The notes under the pieces: model-generated
What the model was told of the DNA's origin: nothing
The model's input: only the letters and a program-made list of their open reading frames with translations
Database searches by the model: none
Source: Amphiscolops sp. MND2022
Taxonomy: Eukaryota
Length of the DNA stretch: 64,000 bases
NCBI GenBank assembly: GCA_964187785.1
Contig: OZ076414.1
Location: forward strand, 71,920,001 to 71,984,000
Reading direction: 5' to 3'
Position numbers and translations under genes: made by a program
Shown here: piece by piece, positions 24,801 to 36,841 of the stretch
Position numbering within the stretch: position 1 is the first letter of the stretch
How the letters are laid out: each line of letters opens with the position of its first letter

Positions 24801-27000
24801 AGGAGTTAAAACTTAAAAGGAGTTAAATCTGAGATCTCAGTACATCAGTGATTCAGAATTCCAGTCCCTTAGTAAAATAGTTCTGATGAACCTTAAGAAA
24901 AAGCGTTAACTCGACAACGGCTTCGCTTAAGACATAAGAATTCCTTTTGTACTCTTTGTAATACCTAATTTGAAATATCATACAAGTTTTACGCAGTACA
25001 AATCTTTTGGTGTCACTTTGACCTTGAACTCTTCGTTCATGCCTATGTCAAAGCGTCGTGTAGAGAATATATCGTGGAATTCGACTAGTAGGTCCTCTAT
25101 GCGTGCAATTTTGTCTTGCTGCAGTGTACAGACCGTCCAGTCGAATTTAGTCAGAAAATGTCTTCGTGACTCGGGGTCATCATGAGGGTTAGGTTCACCA
25201 TTTCTTGAAGGTTTTGTAGTCCGCCGGTGTTGGAAACCAGTAATTTGTCTTGAAGTCCTCTGGTTTGGTAGATTTGATCAAACAGCTGGCGTATAAGGCC
25301 GCATTCTCTAGATTGTCCTGTAGCAGGTGCCATGTGGTCACCGGATCTACGGGTTTAACATATTTCAATTGTTATGGAGTCAGAACGAAGAAGTTGGCAA
25401 CGTGTGAATCTCTTTTGAGGGTTTAAAGTCTATCAGTGAATTTATTCAGATGGAATGTAACCTGACCCTGGGTAAGTGTGACAAGAGCAGCGCAAAACGC
25501 ACTGTCGCCATTCTCTCTGAAGGCGTTGCTTGGTAGAATGATTCCAGTTGTCTATCGTTGCTTGGAATGGTTATATCTTTCAGATTACAGATAAACTCCA
25601 TGACGTTAGTGTATTTGTAATGCGCTGTTTTTAATTGCATTTAGAAGAATGGGAATTTTTGGACTCCCTGGCGCATGTCCAGTATAAAGTTTTTACGTTG
25701 GAAGAAAGAAATGCCAAGTAACTGTCTGGTGAGAGTTTTCATTACTGAAAAGATTTCGCGGTATTCAATATCTTTGATCTCAAATTTCAATTCAACAGTT
25801 TTTTTGGATTTTCCAGATGCCCATTCGCAACCAATTTTCTGAAAATGGCTTCTGACTTTCTTCAATTTTTGACTGACGGGCTAATAATCGGATTTTACGT
25901 AGCTCAGTTTCTGGAATTTCACTAGATAGAGCTCGTGACTACAAGGGTATCTAATGTTAGTTCGCCAAAATCCATGGGAAAGTAAAGCATTTGCCGTTTA
26001 TAATGAGCCCAAGATTAGTTGTCATTGGAACGTAATTGGGTTCTCCATTTCTCGTTATCAACGTGTTCACAAAACGTTCTTCCACCACCTGAGGTCCATT
26101 TTTGGCGAATTCATCCTCCAGTTCATTGTAAACTGATGGGAGTGCGGAATTACGTTTATTCTGCCATGGGTCAACTAGAGCAGAGGTTAATACCTGGTTC
26201 AGAGCTCTATCAAGCTCATAAAAATCAGGTTCTATTTCTGCGTTTAGGTTGTTGAAGTTCTGTTAAAACCATAAATAGTGTTGATAGTAGATGTGGGCAT
26301 CCCGATAGGGGTCATAGCCAAATTCGAGGTCGGTGTAGTAGGGGTTATGGTCGTCAATGAGGGAAGGGATCGAATAGTAGAAGTATTGTGTTGATGTCTG
26401 TCGAATGATTGGTCCGAGTTGTATACATGAGTAGGAGTGTTCCTCACCGGCTGCTGCTAGTCAGCTGATGGGGTTGTTGTAAGAGATGTACAACCTTCAG
26501 TGTAATACACGTTCGGAGGGTCAGATACTTTATATTGTTTGACCCGTCATTTTTAATTTTGTTGGAGTCGTTGCAATTCTAGGTTTTTTGATTTTTTAAG
26601 ATAGATGTTGTTGGCTTGTTATTAGCGTCGATATAACCGGTTGACGCCTCATAGGATTTAGAATTCTCTAATTTGAGGTTTTTGGGCTTGAGATGAGCGC
26701 CGTTCCGCCGAGTGGTTCGTTTTTTCACAAGTCGGGCATTTTGAGTACTTCTTGGTAGACTGTCTGTCTTTGCGTTTGCTTTCTTTTTAATTTCTGACAC
26801 TCTTCTTTTGACTTTCCCGGCTTTTTGCAGTGCTTGCAAGTAGTCCATGGGTCAATAACAGAGGAAATGACGCCATTACTTGGTCGTGCTGATGTCGGAG
26901 CTGCTGTTGACGATGTAGGTACCGAAATGTCGTCACCCTCCTTGATTCCATTTCTCAAGCTACAACGGGGAACTCGAGAAAGAGTTCGAACTAGGAAGAT
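21900..27000 (-). mobile_element. Element E: decayed Ty3/Gypsy (gag CCHC, PR, RT, RH, IN) interrupted by a solo LTR
   Basis: Gag knuckle remnants CKHCKKPGKSKEEC and CPTCEKTNHSAE; ALVD protease remnant ~26170; LLVEFHDIF..RFDIG; LRLLVDLRK; LDFSQAYHCL; QYVEDIG; TDNKSV..AHIPGENSTAADYLS; C-terminal IPFREFRRIEPYVIEKV (GPY/F region). Confidence 0.8.
24710..25000 (+). mobile_element. Solo LTR (291 bp) of a TGTGATGCC subfamily inserted in the pol of element E
   Basis: Begins TGTGATGCCATGATGCATGTCC, ends GCAGTACA; flanks CATC/AATC (4-bp TSD, one mismatch); removing it restores the in-frame pol peptide KVKVTPKD-DSPAFSQ. Confidence 0.75.
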
Positions 27001-27119
27001 TGAAGGAACTCAAAGATAGAATTCAAACTATTGAGTTTTGTGTCTTGTCTCAAGACAAGAGATCTGTATTTGATAACGTTAATTAACGGTATGAATCGAA
27101 GATGAATGATAAAAGGTTT

Positions 27120-29000
27120 GCATTATGGAGGCCATTGTCCTTAACTGGTAGACGTCTCAGCTTGCTGACAGGCCTTGTGAGCTCACCGCACGAAGGTCTC
27201 ACCAATGCCATTTGTGCTAAGCCGTCGTGACCTTGCTTCAATTGCATCACTCGATCAAAACTCTACTGTAGTGGTGGAATGCCATCGTCTGTGATCAGTG
27301 CCACGTCATCAACTGAGAGGTTTGCACGCTTTGCCGTCATTTGCCTCGAGGCTGCGGTGATGCTCCATACTTAGATGACCATCGCTACCAGAATTGAGGA
27401 AGTAGCTGTTGAAGACTGCGAAATCGTTTTAATGGATGCCCGTGGACATCCATCTGTTGTAAGCAGGGTTGTGGGATAGCATCCAATTGGCTGCCATTGA
27501 CTATCATTGACGGAGTGATCGCAAAGATATGATCTGAGTTTTGTGAGAGCCATCAGTGGACGATTGTTCAATACTTGTTTCATTTGGCACAGAATGGTTG
27601 TCATCTCCTCGTAGTCGAGAATGCAATTGCCCATGACACTACGCAAGTGGTGCTTCATCGACTTCACCGCTGCTTCCCATAGTACGCCGAAGTTGGGTGA
27701 GCGAGGAGGAATGAAGAGCCATTCAAGGCTGCCGTATGATTGTACCCCAGCCCTAACCCCTTCGTCAAACGCGTTAAGGTCACGCCTTGCACCCACGAAT
27801 TTGGTTGCATTGTCGGACAAAATTTGACCTCGTCTTGCAATGAATCGTCTTAGAGCTGCCACCATGGCAACTGACGTCAATGTTGATGCTGCCTCTCGAT
27901 GGAACTGCCTTTGAAGCAAAATATAAAAACAACTACGTAACCATTGACACATTCAGTTCCATTTTTGAATGTTAGAGGTCCTGCGGAGTCGAGGCCTACA
28001 CATGAGAAAGCACGATCGGGAGCATCGATGCGACTGGAGGGCAAATCACCCAGCAGCTGCTGTGCAGGCCCAGAATTGGAGCGGAAGCACGTGACTCTCT
28101 TCTTGATGCACGCTGACGCCTTCTTAATTGCCTGAGTGACCCAGAATCGACGTGTCATATCCGCCACCGTTGCTGTGGGACCACCATGAAGGGTTCCTTT
28201 GTGGTCATCGTTGATTGCAAGTGTTGCCAGTTTGTTTCGGTGTGACACTAACAAAGGGTACCTCTGATCATCATTCATTGAGTATCTGTGAGTAGCTGTC
28301 GACCACGATGACACCGTTGTCCATGAATGGGTAAAGGGATGCTATTGAGGTCTTCGGGTTGATCGACTCACCATTTGAGAGGGTTTTGAACTCGGCTTCA
28401 AAGTGTACCATCTGATCTGCTTTGACACAGTGAAGTCATTGAGAATCGCATTCACTGTGTGGGGATTGGGTCCGTGATTTTTACCACTCTCTTGAAGTGC
28501 TTGTGTTGAATGGTAGGAGGAACTGGCAACACCATACGTCACACGAGTCATACGCAATTCTCGGATCTTGTCTGTCACGTAGTCATGCCACATAATTCGA
28601 TGGAATTCCCGATCTAATTAGTCTAAAGCCACTTGCCGGTCCAAGCAGAAGGCAGTCGTTGAGGGAACAGCCATTCGGAGACTTGCTGCTGGCATCAAAC
28701 ACGACACGTCGCTTGGTCGTCGTACTATCCTTGAAGACACAGAGATGGGGTGAACAATAGCACAAGCCTGAAGTCTGAGGAGCTTGTTCAAGATGGCCCA
28801 TATTGGTAATTCCTCTGCTGAAGTCACGATACTGCTGCTTTACATCATCGTCATCCTTGAGTTTTCGTTCCAAGGTCAAGAATCTCTGCTTGGATGCTTG
28901 AAAGTTGTTCGAAGGACAAGCCTCAGACTTGAACGATAGACGAAAAGATGCGGCCGTCATCTGCTACGTACGTCGTTCTGTTTCACAAATTGACGATTTT
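27120..29000 (-). mobile_element. Internally deleted BEL/Pao retrotransposon (RT N-part, integrase, DUF5641-like tail)
   Basis: QRFLTLERKL...PHLCVFKDSTTTKRRVVFDAS...SLNDCLLLGP; RVTYGVASS; LHGG...FW...GDLPSSR...GLDSAGP; LRRFIARRG..SDNATKFVGA..FIPPRSPNFGVLWEAAVKSMKHHL; TRPVSKLRRLP. The RT catalytic core and RNase H are missing at a junction near 28420. Confidence 0.9.
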
Positions 29001-29395
29001 CTTTGGCCATCGGCTGCACTCGAGTAATCTCTTCAACTTCCAAGAAGCGAGCAAGGTCCAGTTCCACTGCAACTTATTGACATTGGTAGCTACTTTTCAT
29101 TCTAACTTATTCTTTCCTTTAACGAGTTCTGTCATGTAAGAAAACTTATCGTCTTCGAGAGATATTAGTTAACTCTGTGTATATACTTATCAGGACAGAT
29201 ATCAATAATATAACTGTGATCATTTAGAAAATAAACTAGCATCTTTAATAGATTTTAGATTTGTGGGTTTCAGTATCGGAATAGTGAGAGCATTCCCTAA
29301 ATAGAATTTAGAAAAACAGATTACAATATCTGTTTGGTAAGAGCATTCACTAAAGAGATGATAGATTGAAGCAACTTTTTTGGACAAGATGTCAG

Positions 29396-29830
29396 TGAGC
29401 TGTTAAAAACTATCGTGGTTTTTGATCATATTTCTTTGAGTAGGTACATAAGAAGTCTTAGTTTCTTAACAGCAGTATCGTCTGAGATCCAAGATGGTAT
29501 CAGGATGTTACTAGTTAGCTATCTCAATTTTTTCTTTCTCTGAGATCTCAGTTAGCTCACTAGAATGAAACCGTTTTTCAGTCGAGACTCTGATTTTCTC
29601 CGAGTAGATATAATCTACAATAACATCAATGGGTATATATAATTAGATTGTCATGCTAATCAATCAAAAGCGACAACAGCAAGATGGGTTATAATTGAGT
29701 TGTCTTAAGTTATTAATAAAGTTATTTCAGAATGTTAATCTAGTCAAATGCAATTCACTTCGAAATGAAATGACATCTATTAGATTAGGTAACTTTCAAG
29801 TTCTTTGAGGACATGTATCATGGCATCACA
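29396..29830 (-). repeat. 3' LTR of element B (435 bp)
   Basis: Reverse complement reads TGTGATGCCATGATACATGTCC...AACAGCTCA. Confidence 0.9.
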
Positions 29831-30073
29831 ATCAACCGGGAAATTTTAGAAATTGAAAATCATTTCTGCACTTTGAGATTGAGGAGTTCTAGAGGTATTT
29901 TAGATGTTTTATGCATGAGTTTGTTTCAGATATCGTGTATATGAGCTTATTTTAGATATGAGTTCTGTTCTAAAATGTGCTGTACTTAAGAAGTGAGAAC
30001 AACCTATGACGATTTGACTTCTTACCTAAGTGACCATTCAAACGGGTGCAAAAGTTTCAGTTTCGGATGACTG

Positions 30074-33000
30074 TCAACTTGTTCTAGTTATTATTGACAA
30101 CGTGTTTACTACTATGGACTGATTTTTTGTATCTGCCATCGGTTTGTTTTGAAAAATATATCTACTTCGACATGAGTTATTCAGAGCTGAAAACTTTTCA
30201 AGTTGAAGAGCTATTTTGAGAAGTTTGTCAATGAAGTGTGAACAAACAATGGCGGGTTTTGAATCAAGGGTGAAGAAGTTTTGAAAAGTCAAAGTTCAAC
30301 AAAAGTGACTAGACGAGTGGAAGCCAGAAGCTTTGAACGATTGCAAGCTTCAAACATTGAACAATTGGGTGTACTGAAAGGTAAAGAAAATATTGTGTGA
30401 AAGTTGTTTGAAAACCTTTCTTAAACATTTTTTAGTTGACTATTGGGAAGTAAAACAAAAAGGTTTGAATCAGGTTTTGTAAAACTTTGTGTCAAAAAAT
30501 CTTAGAAAACTTTTGTACTGTACGGAAAACTTGTGTTCTAGAAAAGAAGTGGATTATAGGTGTATTAGAGAAATGTATCATACACAAAACAATGGTGGAT
30601 TAAAATGTTGTGGTTACAAGATAATTAGAGTATCGTTATAGACGCAATTGGGGGGTTATAAGAGATTACACTAGATGCAAATTTGGAAGACTATAAAATA
30701 ATATCAGGAATTCAAGATTACAGAAAAGTATGGTTAAGTTATAATTATTTATGATAAATAATTTCAACATTACAGTTACACTAGAGTTTGAAATTTGCGA
30801 TAAGTTAGACTTCAGTTCGGAACAGCTAGTGGTGGGAGACCAGTCAAGTGAGAAAGTTGAATGTTGGAGCGACGGCGGCATAGAAGAAAGAACAGTTCTG
30901 GGACGCGGTTGAAGGTGGCGGCGGTAGAGAAGAAAGACCATGTGACGATGTTGACTGCAAGAAGACCAGTTGGGAGCAGTTGAGGAGTGACGACCAGAAG
31001 TGACGATAGTGAAGACCAGTTCTGACAAAAGTGAAGATGTGGGCCAGAGCTGCAAAATGACGATGGATGATGGTGACCATTCGTGAAATAAGAAGATAGT
31101 GAAGATGTATCAGCGTTTTGTGTAGAGGTCGAGAACTAGTGAAACAACATGTTCCAAAACAGCATCATCAATGAAGGATGACGAAAAAGATGTGAATGAA
31201 CACGAAGAGTAAGTAGAGTTTGAGTTAGAATCCATTGTTTAATAAAATGGATGTGGTTTTGGCGTGTTCACTTGGTGAACTTTAGGATCGTATTTTTCCA
31301 ATTTTTGGGTGTAACCAAAATGAACTAGAGCGTTGTTAAAGGCGTCGCATGCTTCTGCGATTGTCATCTGGAAATATTCGTCTTTAGAAGTAAAGGAAGA
31401 ATTGATGACAAAAACCATGTCCGAAGTGGTTTCGCAGATTGCGATTTTGGGTCCTTCTAGGTGGATGCGGGCAGATTGCTCGAAACCTGTGTTTTTCTTC
31501 TTTTTTTGCAAACAATGTAGGGAACTTTCAGAAACGATCTCTTGTAGGATTGGTGACTTGATCTGTATTGATCTCTAAAGATAATTTGAATGTCATTGTA
31601 TGGAAAATTGCTGCTTTTAGGCTGTTAGCCTTTGTAGTAGAGACAAATTTCGTGGTTGTTATAGAGTCTGCTGGAGCCATGTCGTGAATTTTGTGAGAAG
31701 TCTTGGTAAAAGGGCTTGATGTGTGCAGATTTGGACCAAGCAGGCAAAGAAGGAGGAGGAAGAAGAATGGATGTTTCTAAAACAAAGGAGTTCTGAGAAA
31801 AATGACAACAATTTAGCAATATTCGTTCAAAAGTTAGGTTCTAAAGAAGTGTATATTTGGGTGCTAATACATTTTGTATTGTATTTGTGAAAATGTCTTT
31901 GTATTTTGTAGTAATTCGTCTGATAAGAATTAAAGATAAGTTTACACGTAATGTAGGAAAATATAGCATGTATTTGAGGTTCGAGGAAGGAGTTAAAGAA
32001 CAAGAATGCTATATGTACAGTAAGTTTTTTAAAACTAGGAGTTTTTCAGTTAAAAGTTAACAGTTGTGTCAATCAACTAAATGCAAATTTTGATAGGAGT
32101 TACAAAAATGTTATCAAAATATTACCTGGAATGTAGTTTAAAGTTTGAATGTTCCATAGTGTACCAGAGGAGAGGAAAGTTAAAGAAATTTGTATAACCT
32201 GGAGCGAGATCTAGTGAAGATTAATAGATTGTTAGTGTTTATAGATGTTAGTGTAGAAGTTTTTTGTTTTTGATGATTGGGATTATGCGTTGTGAGTCTA
32301 GATCAAGTGATTGTATACGAGTTTGTGTATTCGTTCAAAGGAATGCACTAGGTGTGTGAGAGTTGTGACAGCGGAATCAGAGGAGTTTTGTTCATATGGT
32401 TCCACGAAGTTATCGATTTCGCGGAGAGTACGATTATTGAGAACGTATGAGAGTTTTTCAGGAGCATTTTGAATTGGTGAGGTGTGTTCAGTAGTAGGAG
32501 ATTTCGTTAAGTCTTATGTTCAGTTTGTACCATAAAAGAGATAACTTTGGCAGAGATAACTTTTAGCATTTCATTATATGAATAAGATTGTTTAGAGAGA
32601 GCAGTATAGTAGGATTTATCTTTATCATCAAGTGGAGAAGAAACTAGATGTTTGATGACAGTGAGAGGTTTCACTATTTGAGTGGGAATATTGCAAGGCA
32701 AAAGAAAAACGTCAAAATGTATGAGATATTTTTGAGGTACAATAAGTGGACCTGACGTATCATTAAAAGGAAGCAAACAAAAGTATTGTTTTATAGGATC
32801 ATAGTTACGTAGATAGCCAGTTATACGAGAATAATCTATTGTGTACAAGTTAGTCATTGTATACTGTGAAGTATATTTGTAATTGACAAAAATATAGTTC
32901 TGGGGTTTGGAATGTTGTAGAAATTTGGTGTACGTTTGATGATGAGAAACTTTTTGAGCAACTAAGAGAAAGGAAGGATCACTTTCGTCGGCCTTGAGAT

Positions 33001-33573
33001 CATATATTTAACGGACGTAGAAAGTTGAATTGGAACGAGAAGATTTTTATTCAGTTATCAAGTCAGTATTGGTATGGAGACATGATTTTAGAAGCAATGG
33101 AAGTAAAAAACCTCGATTTTGTCATATAGACGAAATGTATAATCAGTAGGATACATATATAGAGAAGTGAGTTGTGCTTTGAAAATGATAATGTCTTGTG
33201 AGAGAAGGGGAATCAAATCATCATCTCTATTTGTAGAAAGTGAAGGTTTAGAAGGTAATGCAGGAAGAAGTACGGATGATGAAAGAAAGAGAGGATCTTT
33301 CATAATTTCGTAGCGTTTTTTCGGAGGTGGTGGTGTTTCGGTTGTATTATCTGGAGGAGTAGGCACTTTGGGAGTGTTATGTTCATGTTCCGCTTGTTCG
33401 GTATTGTGTGTAGGGTTAGTATTCGTCTGAGTTTGATACATATTTTCGAGGAAGAGAACAGGAGAATCATTAAAAAGAGGGGTTGTAGTGAGATCAGATG
33501 AAGTTTGTTCGAGTTGTGTTTGAAGGTCTATTTGTGCATGTGTCATGGTGAAACTTTTTGAAAAAGAGGACAC
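30074..33573 (-). pseudogene. Decayed accessory ORFs downstream of env in element B
   Basis: Consistently minus-strand ORF pieces (33088-33573, 32507-32857, 31625-31819, 31239-31511, 30666-31055) joined by single stops or frameshifts; no family recognised. Confidence 0.5.
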
Positions 33574-33787
33574 TAACGAGTAGGTTTATCGACTTTTTGA
33601 GGAGCAGGTACCAAAATACGAAGTCGAAGAGTAGGAGTGTCAGGTCTATTGACAGTTATTTCAAGTGTAGAAGAAAGCTCAATTTGAAGATTGATTCTAT
33701 TTTACCAGTAGTGAAGTAGGTCGTAGGTTTATAATATTTCAAGAGTAGTGGAGTGTTCGACAAGATGGAGACAAAATGAGTTGGAGT

Positions 33788-35027
33788 TCAAAACGATGGT
33801 GGCGGAAAATGATAGTTTGTTTTTGAATACATTTTGATGGGGGTGTCAGTGTCAGGATTGACAAGAGTGTTATTAAGTAAATTGTCAGTTGGAGTAGTCA
33901 GAGTGTCATGTTGAGTGGTGTTAGTAGTTGAATGATTAGGCAAAGTCGGATGTTGTTCTTGTGAAGCAGGAAGTGTAGAGGTTTTGTGATTGATTTTGTA
34001 TTGAAGAAACAGACGTTTTTTTGGGAATAATTTAAATAGTTTCATATGAAGTTTATTTGGACGTTTTGTATAGAAGATTGGAGGGGAAGTAATACCAGTA
34101 TGGTTATTAATTGAATTAGTTGAAATGTCAGGAAAGTTAGCTAAGGATTTAGAAGTTTTAAGGGGTAATGTGGGTTTCTGATGATGAGTATCTCTGCGGT
34201 CATTGACCATTTGAGCTGTAAAAATGTTGAAGGAACCTTGAGCTATGGAACTAAGAATGGTAATGTTTTGTTTGAGATTATATTTAATTGAAATTGTTTT
34301 GTATAGTTTTACGATGAGTGTTAATGTAGCTTGAACAAATAAGAATGTGGAGAAAGGAATCTGAAATCCATGTGGGTGTAAAAAGAGAAGTTAGGTTTAG
34401 AAATTTGTCATGTAAACCAATACGTAATGTGTTGTGAGGATTTTCATGAGGTGAATTTGTGTCATAACCAGGTGTATTGGATGAAATAAAGGAATAACTA
34501 AGGGCTTTTCCCAAAAGTTGGAGTGTAGAGTCAGAATGTTTTGAAAATAAAATTCGATTCCGAAAATGATCTAGTGCAGCATTAGAACATATTCCAGCAT
34601 CGTGTGCTGTAAAAGTATTTGGGCGTATTGTAGTTTTAATTTGAGAAGGAGTAAACATTAATGGTTGTTTTCGTTTATTAGGTTCTGGTCCAAGAATAAA
34701 AACATTTTGGTCATCAGAATCAAGGTCGAGCTCAATAATGTTACGAGGATTATTATCACATGCAATAGGAGTAGCATAATCATAAGTTTGTCTTGTAATT
34801 GGATCTACATACATAAGTGTACCTTCAAAATGTATAGGAATACAATCGAAGCATCGATCAGCCTTATATAAAGGAGATAAGAAATGTGGGCAGTCGTACA
34901 GCCAGGCAGTTGAGCCTTCAACGTATAAGAAGTTGCTACGATTTCCTGTGAGAAGGAAACCAGCAAGTTGAGGGTTTTGTACAGACATTGCAAGTATGGT
35001 AAGGAGTTGGTTACGTTCTAATTCATT
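33788..35027 (-). pseudogene. env: env C-terminal half: chuvirus/gB-like class III fusion glycoprotein remnant with TM region and tail
   Basis: ELERNQLLTILAMSVQNPQLAGFLLTGNRSNFLYVEGSTAWLYDC..DRCFDCIPIHFEGTLMYVDPITRQTYDYATPIAC; after a frameshift a hydrophobic STFLFVQATLTLIVKLY segment continues into ORF 33788-34210. Confidence 0.75.
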
Positions 35028-35304
35028 GGATATTGTTAATTTGATTTAAAATACTTTGAAAAGGTATTTGTGATTGGATAATTTCAAGTGTTTTATAACG
35101 AAAGTAATATTGGTGAGAATCATAATGTTCTCGTATTAAAGGAAAAGTATGTATACTATGAGGTTCTGTCTCAAATGAAAATGGGTTGGTGTATTGGAAG
35201 ATTAAGTTATGTAAAAATGGTATTACATCTTGAATGAGGGAACGTTTTTGACGTTATTGTGAAGGGAGTAAAAAAGGAGAAGGAAGCATTTGTTTAAATA
35301 ATAG

Positions 35305-35538
35305 TTAAGTTGAGTAATATTTTTGCCATAGAGGGTATAGGTATTGTAGAAGAAGGGATTTTGTATTGAATTAAGAGTTATATGGAATTATTTGATCTAC
35401 GAAAACAATCTGAAGGAAAACTATTAGTATTGTACAGAGAAAGAGAAGGAATTTATTTGGGATATTTGTAATAAGTGTATTAAATGTATGATAAATGCTA
35501 AGTAGTCCAAAAAGAGGTAGCATTAGACTTGTGAGCAT
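35305..35538 (-). pseudogene. Small hydrophobic ORF2 homolog in B (premature stop after 55 aa)
   Basis: MLTSLMLPLFGLLSIYHTFNTLITNIPNKFLLFLCTILIVFLQIVFVDQIIPYNS*FNTKSLLLQYLYPLWQKYYST*. Confidence 0.55.
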
Positions 35539-35557
35539 AAAGAAGAGATGTTATCTA

Positions 35558-35677
35558 TTAAACTTTGGGTATGAAAGGTACTAGAAATTTGTCAAAAAAG
35601 AGCGCAATACCTGCGAGAAGTGCTAATGAGAACCAAAGGCATATGATAAGTTTAACTATGTCATCAGCTGAAGGCAT
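35558..35677 (-). CDS. Small single-pass membrane ORF1 (39 aa)
   Basis: MPSADDIVKLIICLWFSLALLAGIALFFDKFLVPFIPKV*; about 20 uninterrupted hydrophobic residues; homolog in A. Confidence 0.6.
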   Translation of the reverse strand: MPSADDIVKLIICLWFSLALLAGIALFFDKFLVPFIPKV

Positions 35678-36402
35678 TTATATATATAAAATTATTTATT
35701 TATTTATAAAATTTATTTATTTAAATATATATATATATATGGGATGAAAAGGATGTTGTGAAAGTGTTTTGGAAAGGTATGGTTCAGATAGTTTGATTGT
35801 ACGTTAAGTTATGAATGTAAAAAACTTGGTATGTAAAATATTTGGATCCGTTACAGTGGTTTTGAAAAAGTGAATTTAGGTAGATGTTATAGAAGAAATA
35901 AATGAAGTCAGACGAAATGTTGTAGAAAACGTTTTCGTATTGGATGTGTGCCAACTGCTAGAGTTGATCCAAGTGGCTAGAACCAAAGTATTTTTACAGG
36001 CAGGAATCACTGGATAGCACTATAGAAGAGAGAAGAAAGAATGGGGAATGGAGGAGGAGAAGTTTTGAGCAGAAGACCTACACGTTTCGCACGTCTGCGG
36101 TAGGAACGAAAAGAGAAGAACAAAAAAAGCCAACACGAATTCACAATATGGTGGTTGGAACAAAAAATTTTCAAATGACAGGAATTACGTTGGTACGTAG
36201 CCAGAACCAAAGCAACACGGATCAATTTCTGTTAGAAATTGGTTGCATTGTTGAGTTAATAACTGTAGATAACGGTAAGAAGAGGAGAAACGGTATGTCG
36301 AACAAAGAAGTATCTGATTAAAAAATTCAGAAAAGATGTACAAGAAGAGTAAAGTTGTTGTAGGAACGGGAGAGAAAAGAGAATTTTCGTGATCGCATCA
36401 AT

Positions 36403-36841
36403 TGAGCTGTTAAAAACTATAGCGGCTATTGATCTTATTTCTCTGAGTAGGTACATTAGAAGTCGTAGTTTCTTAACAGCAGTATCGTCTAAGATTCAAG
36501 ATGTTATTAAGATGTTACTAGCTAGCTATCTCTATTTTTACTTTCTCTGAGATCTCAGTTACTTTACTAGAATGAAACCGTTTTTCAGTCAAGACTCTAA
36601 TTTTCTCCGTGTAGATATAGTCTACAATAACATCAATGATTATAGATAATTAGATTGTCATGCTAATCAATCAAAAGCGACAACAGCAAGATTGGTTATA
36701 ATTGTGTTGTCTTAAGTTATTAATATAGTTTGTTTCAGAATGTTAATAATTTAGCCAAATTCAATTTACTTCGAAATGGAATGACATCTATTAGAATAGA
36801 TAACTTTCAAATTCTTTGAGGACACGTATCATGGCATCACA
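36403..36841 (-). repeat. 5' LTR of element B (439 bp)
   Basis: TG...CA, followed by AT-TGATGCGATCACGAAAATTC. Confidence 0.9.

Larger units (their letters stand above)
29396..36841 (-). mobile_element. Element B: TGTGATGCC-family LTR element lacking gag-pol, retaining the leader, small ORFs, the C-terminal half of env and 3' accessory ORFs
   Basis: LTRs 36403-36841 and 29396-29830, PBS-like motif, leader and 3'UTR homologous to A; junction near 35027 joins the ORF3 homolog to env; flanks TCAG/AGAA are not a TSD. Confidence 0.9.

Noticed and set aside
35680-35740. AT microsatellite-like tract upstream of small ORF1 in B
   Set aside because: Not conserved in A; simple low-complexity expansion
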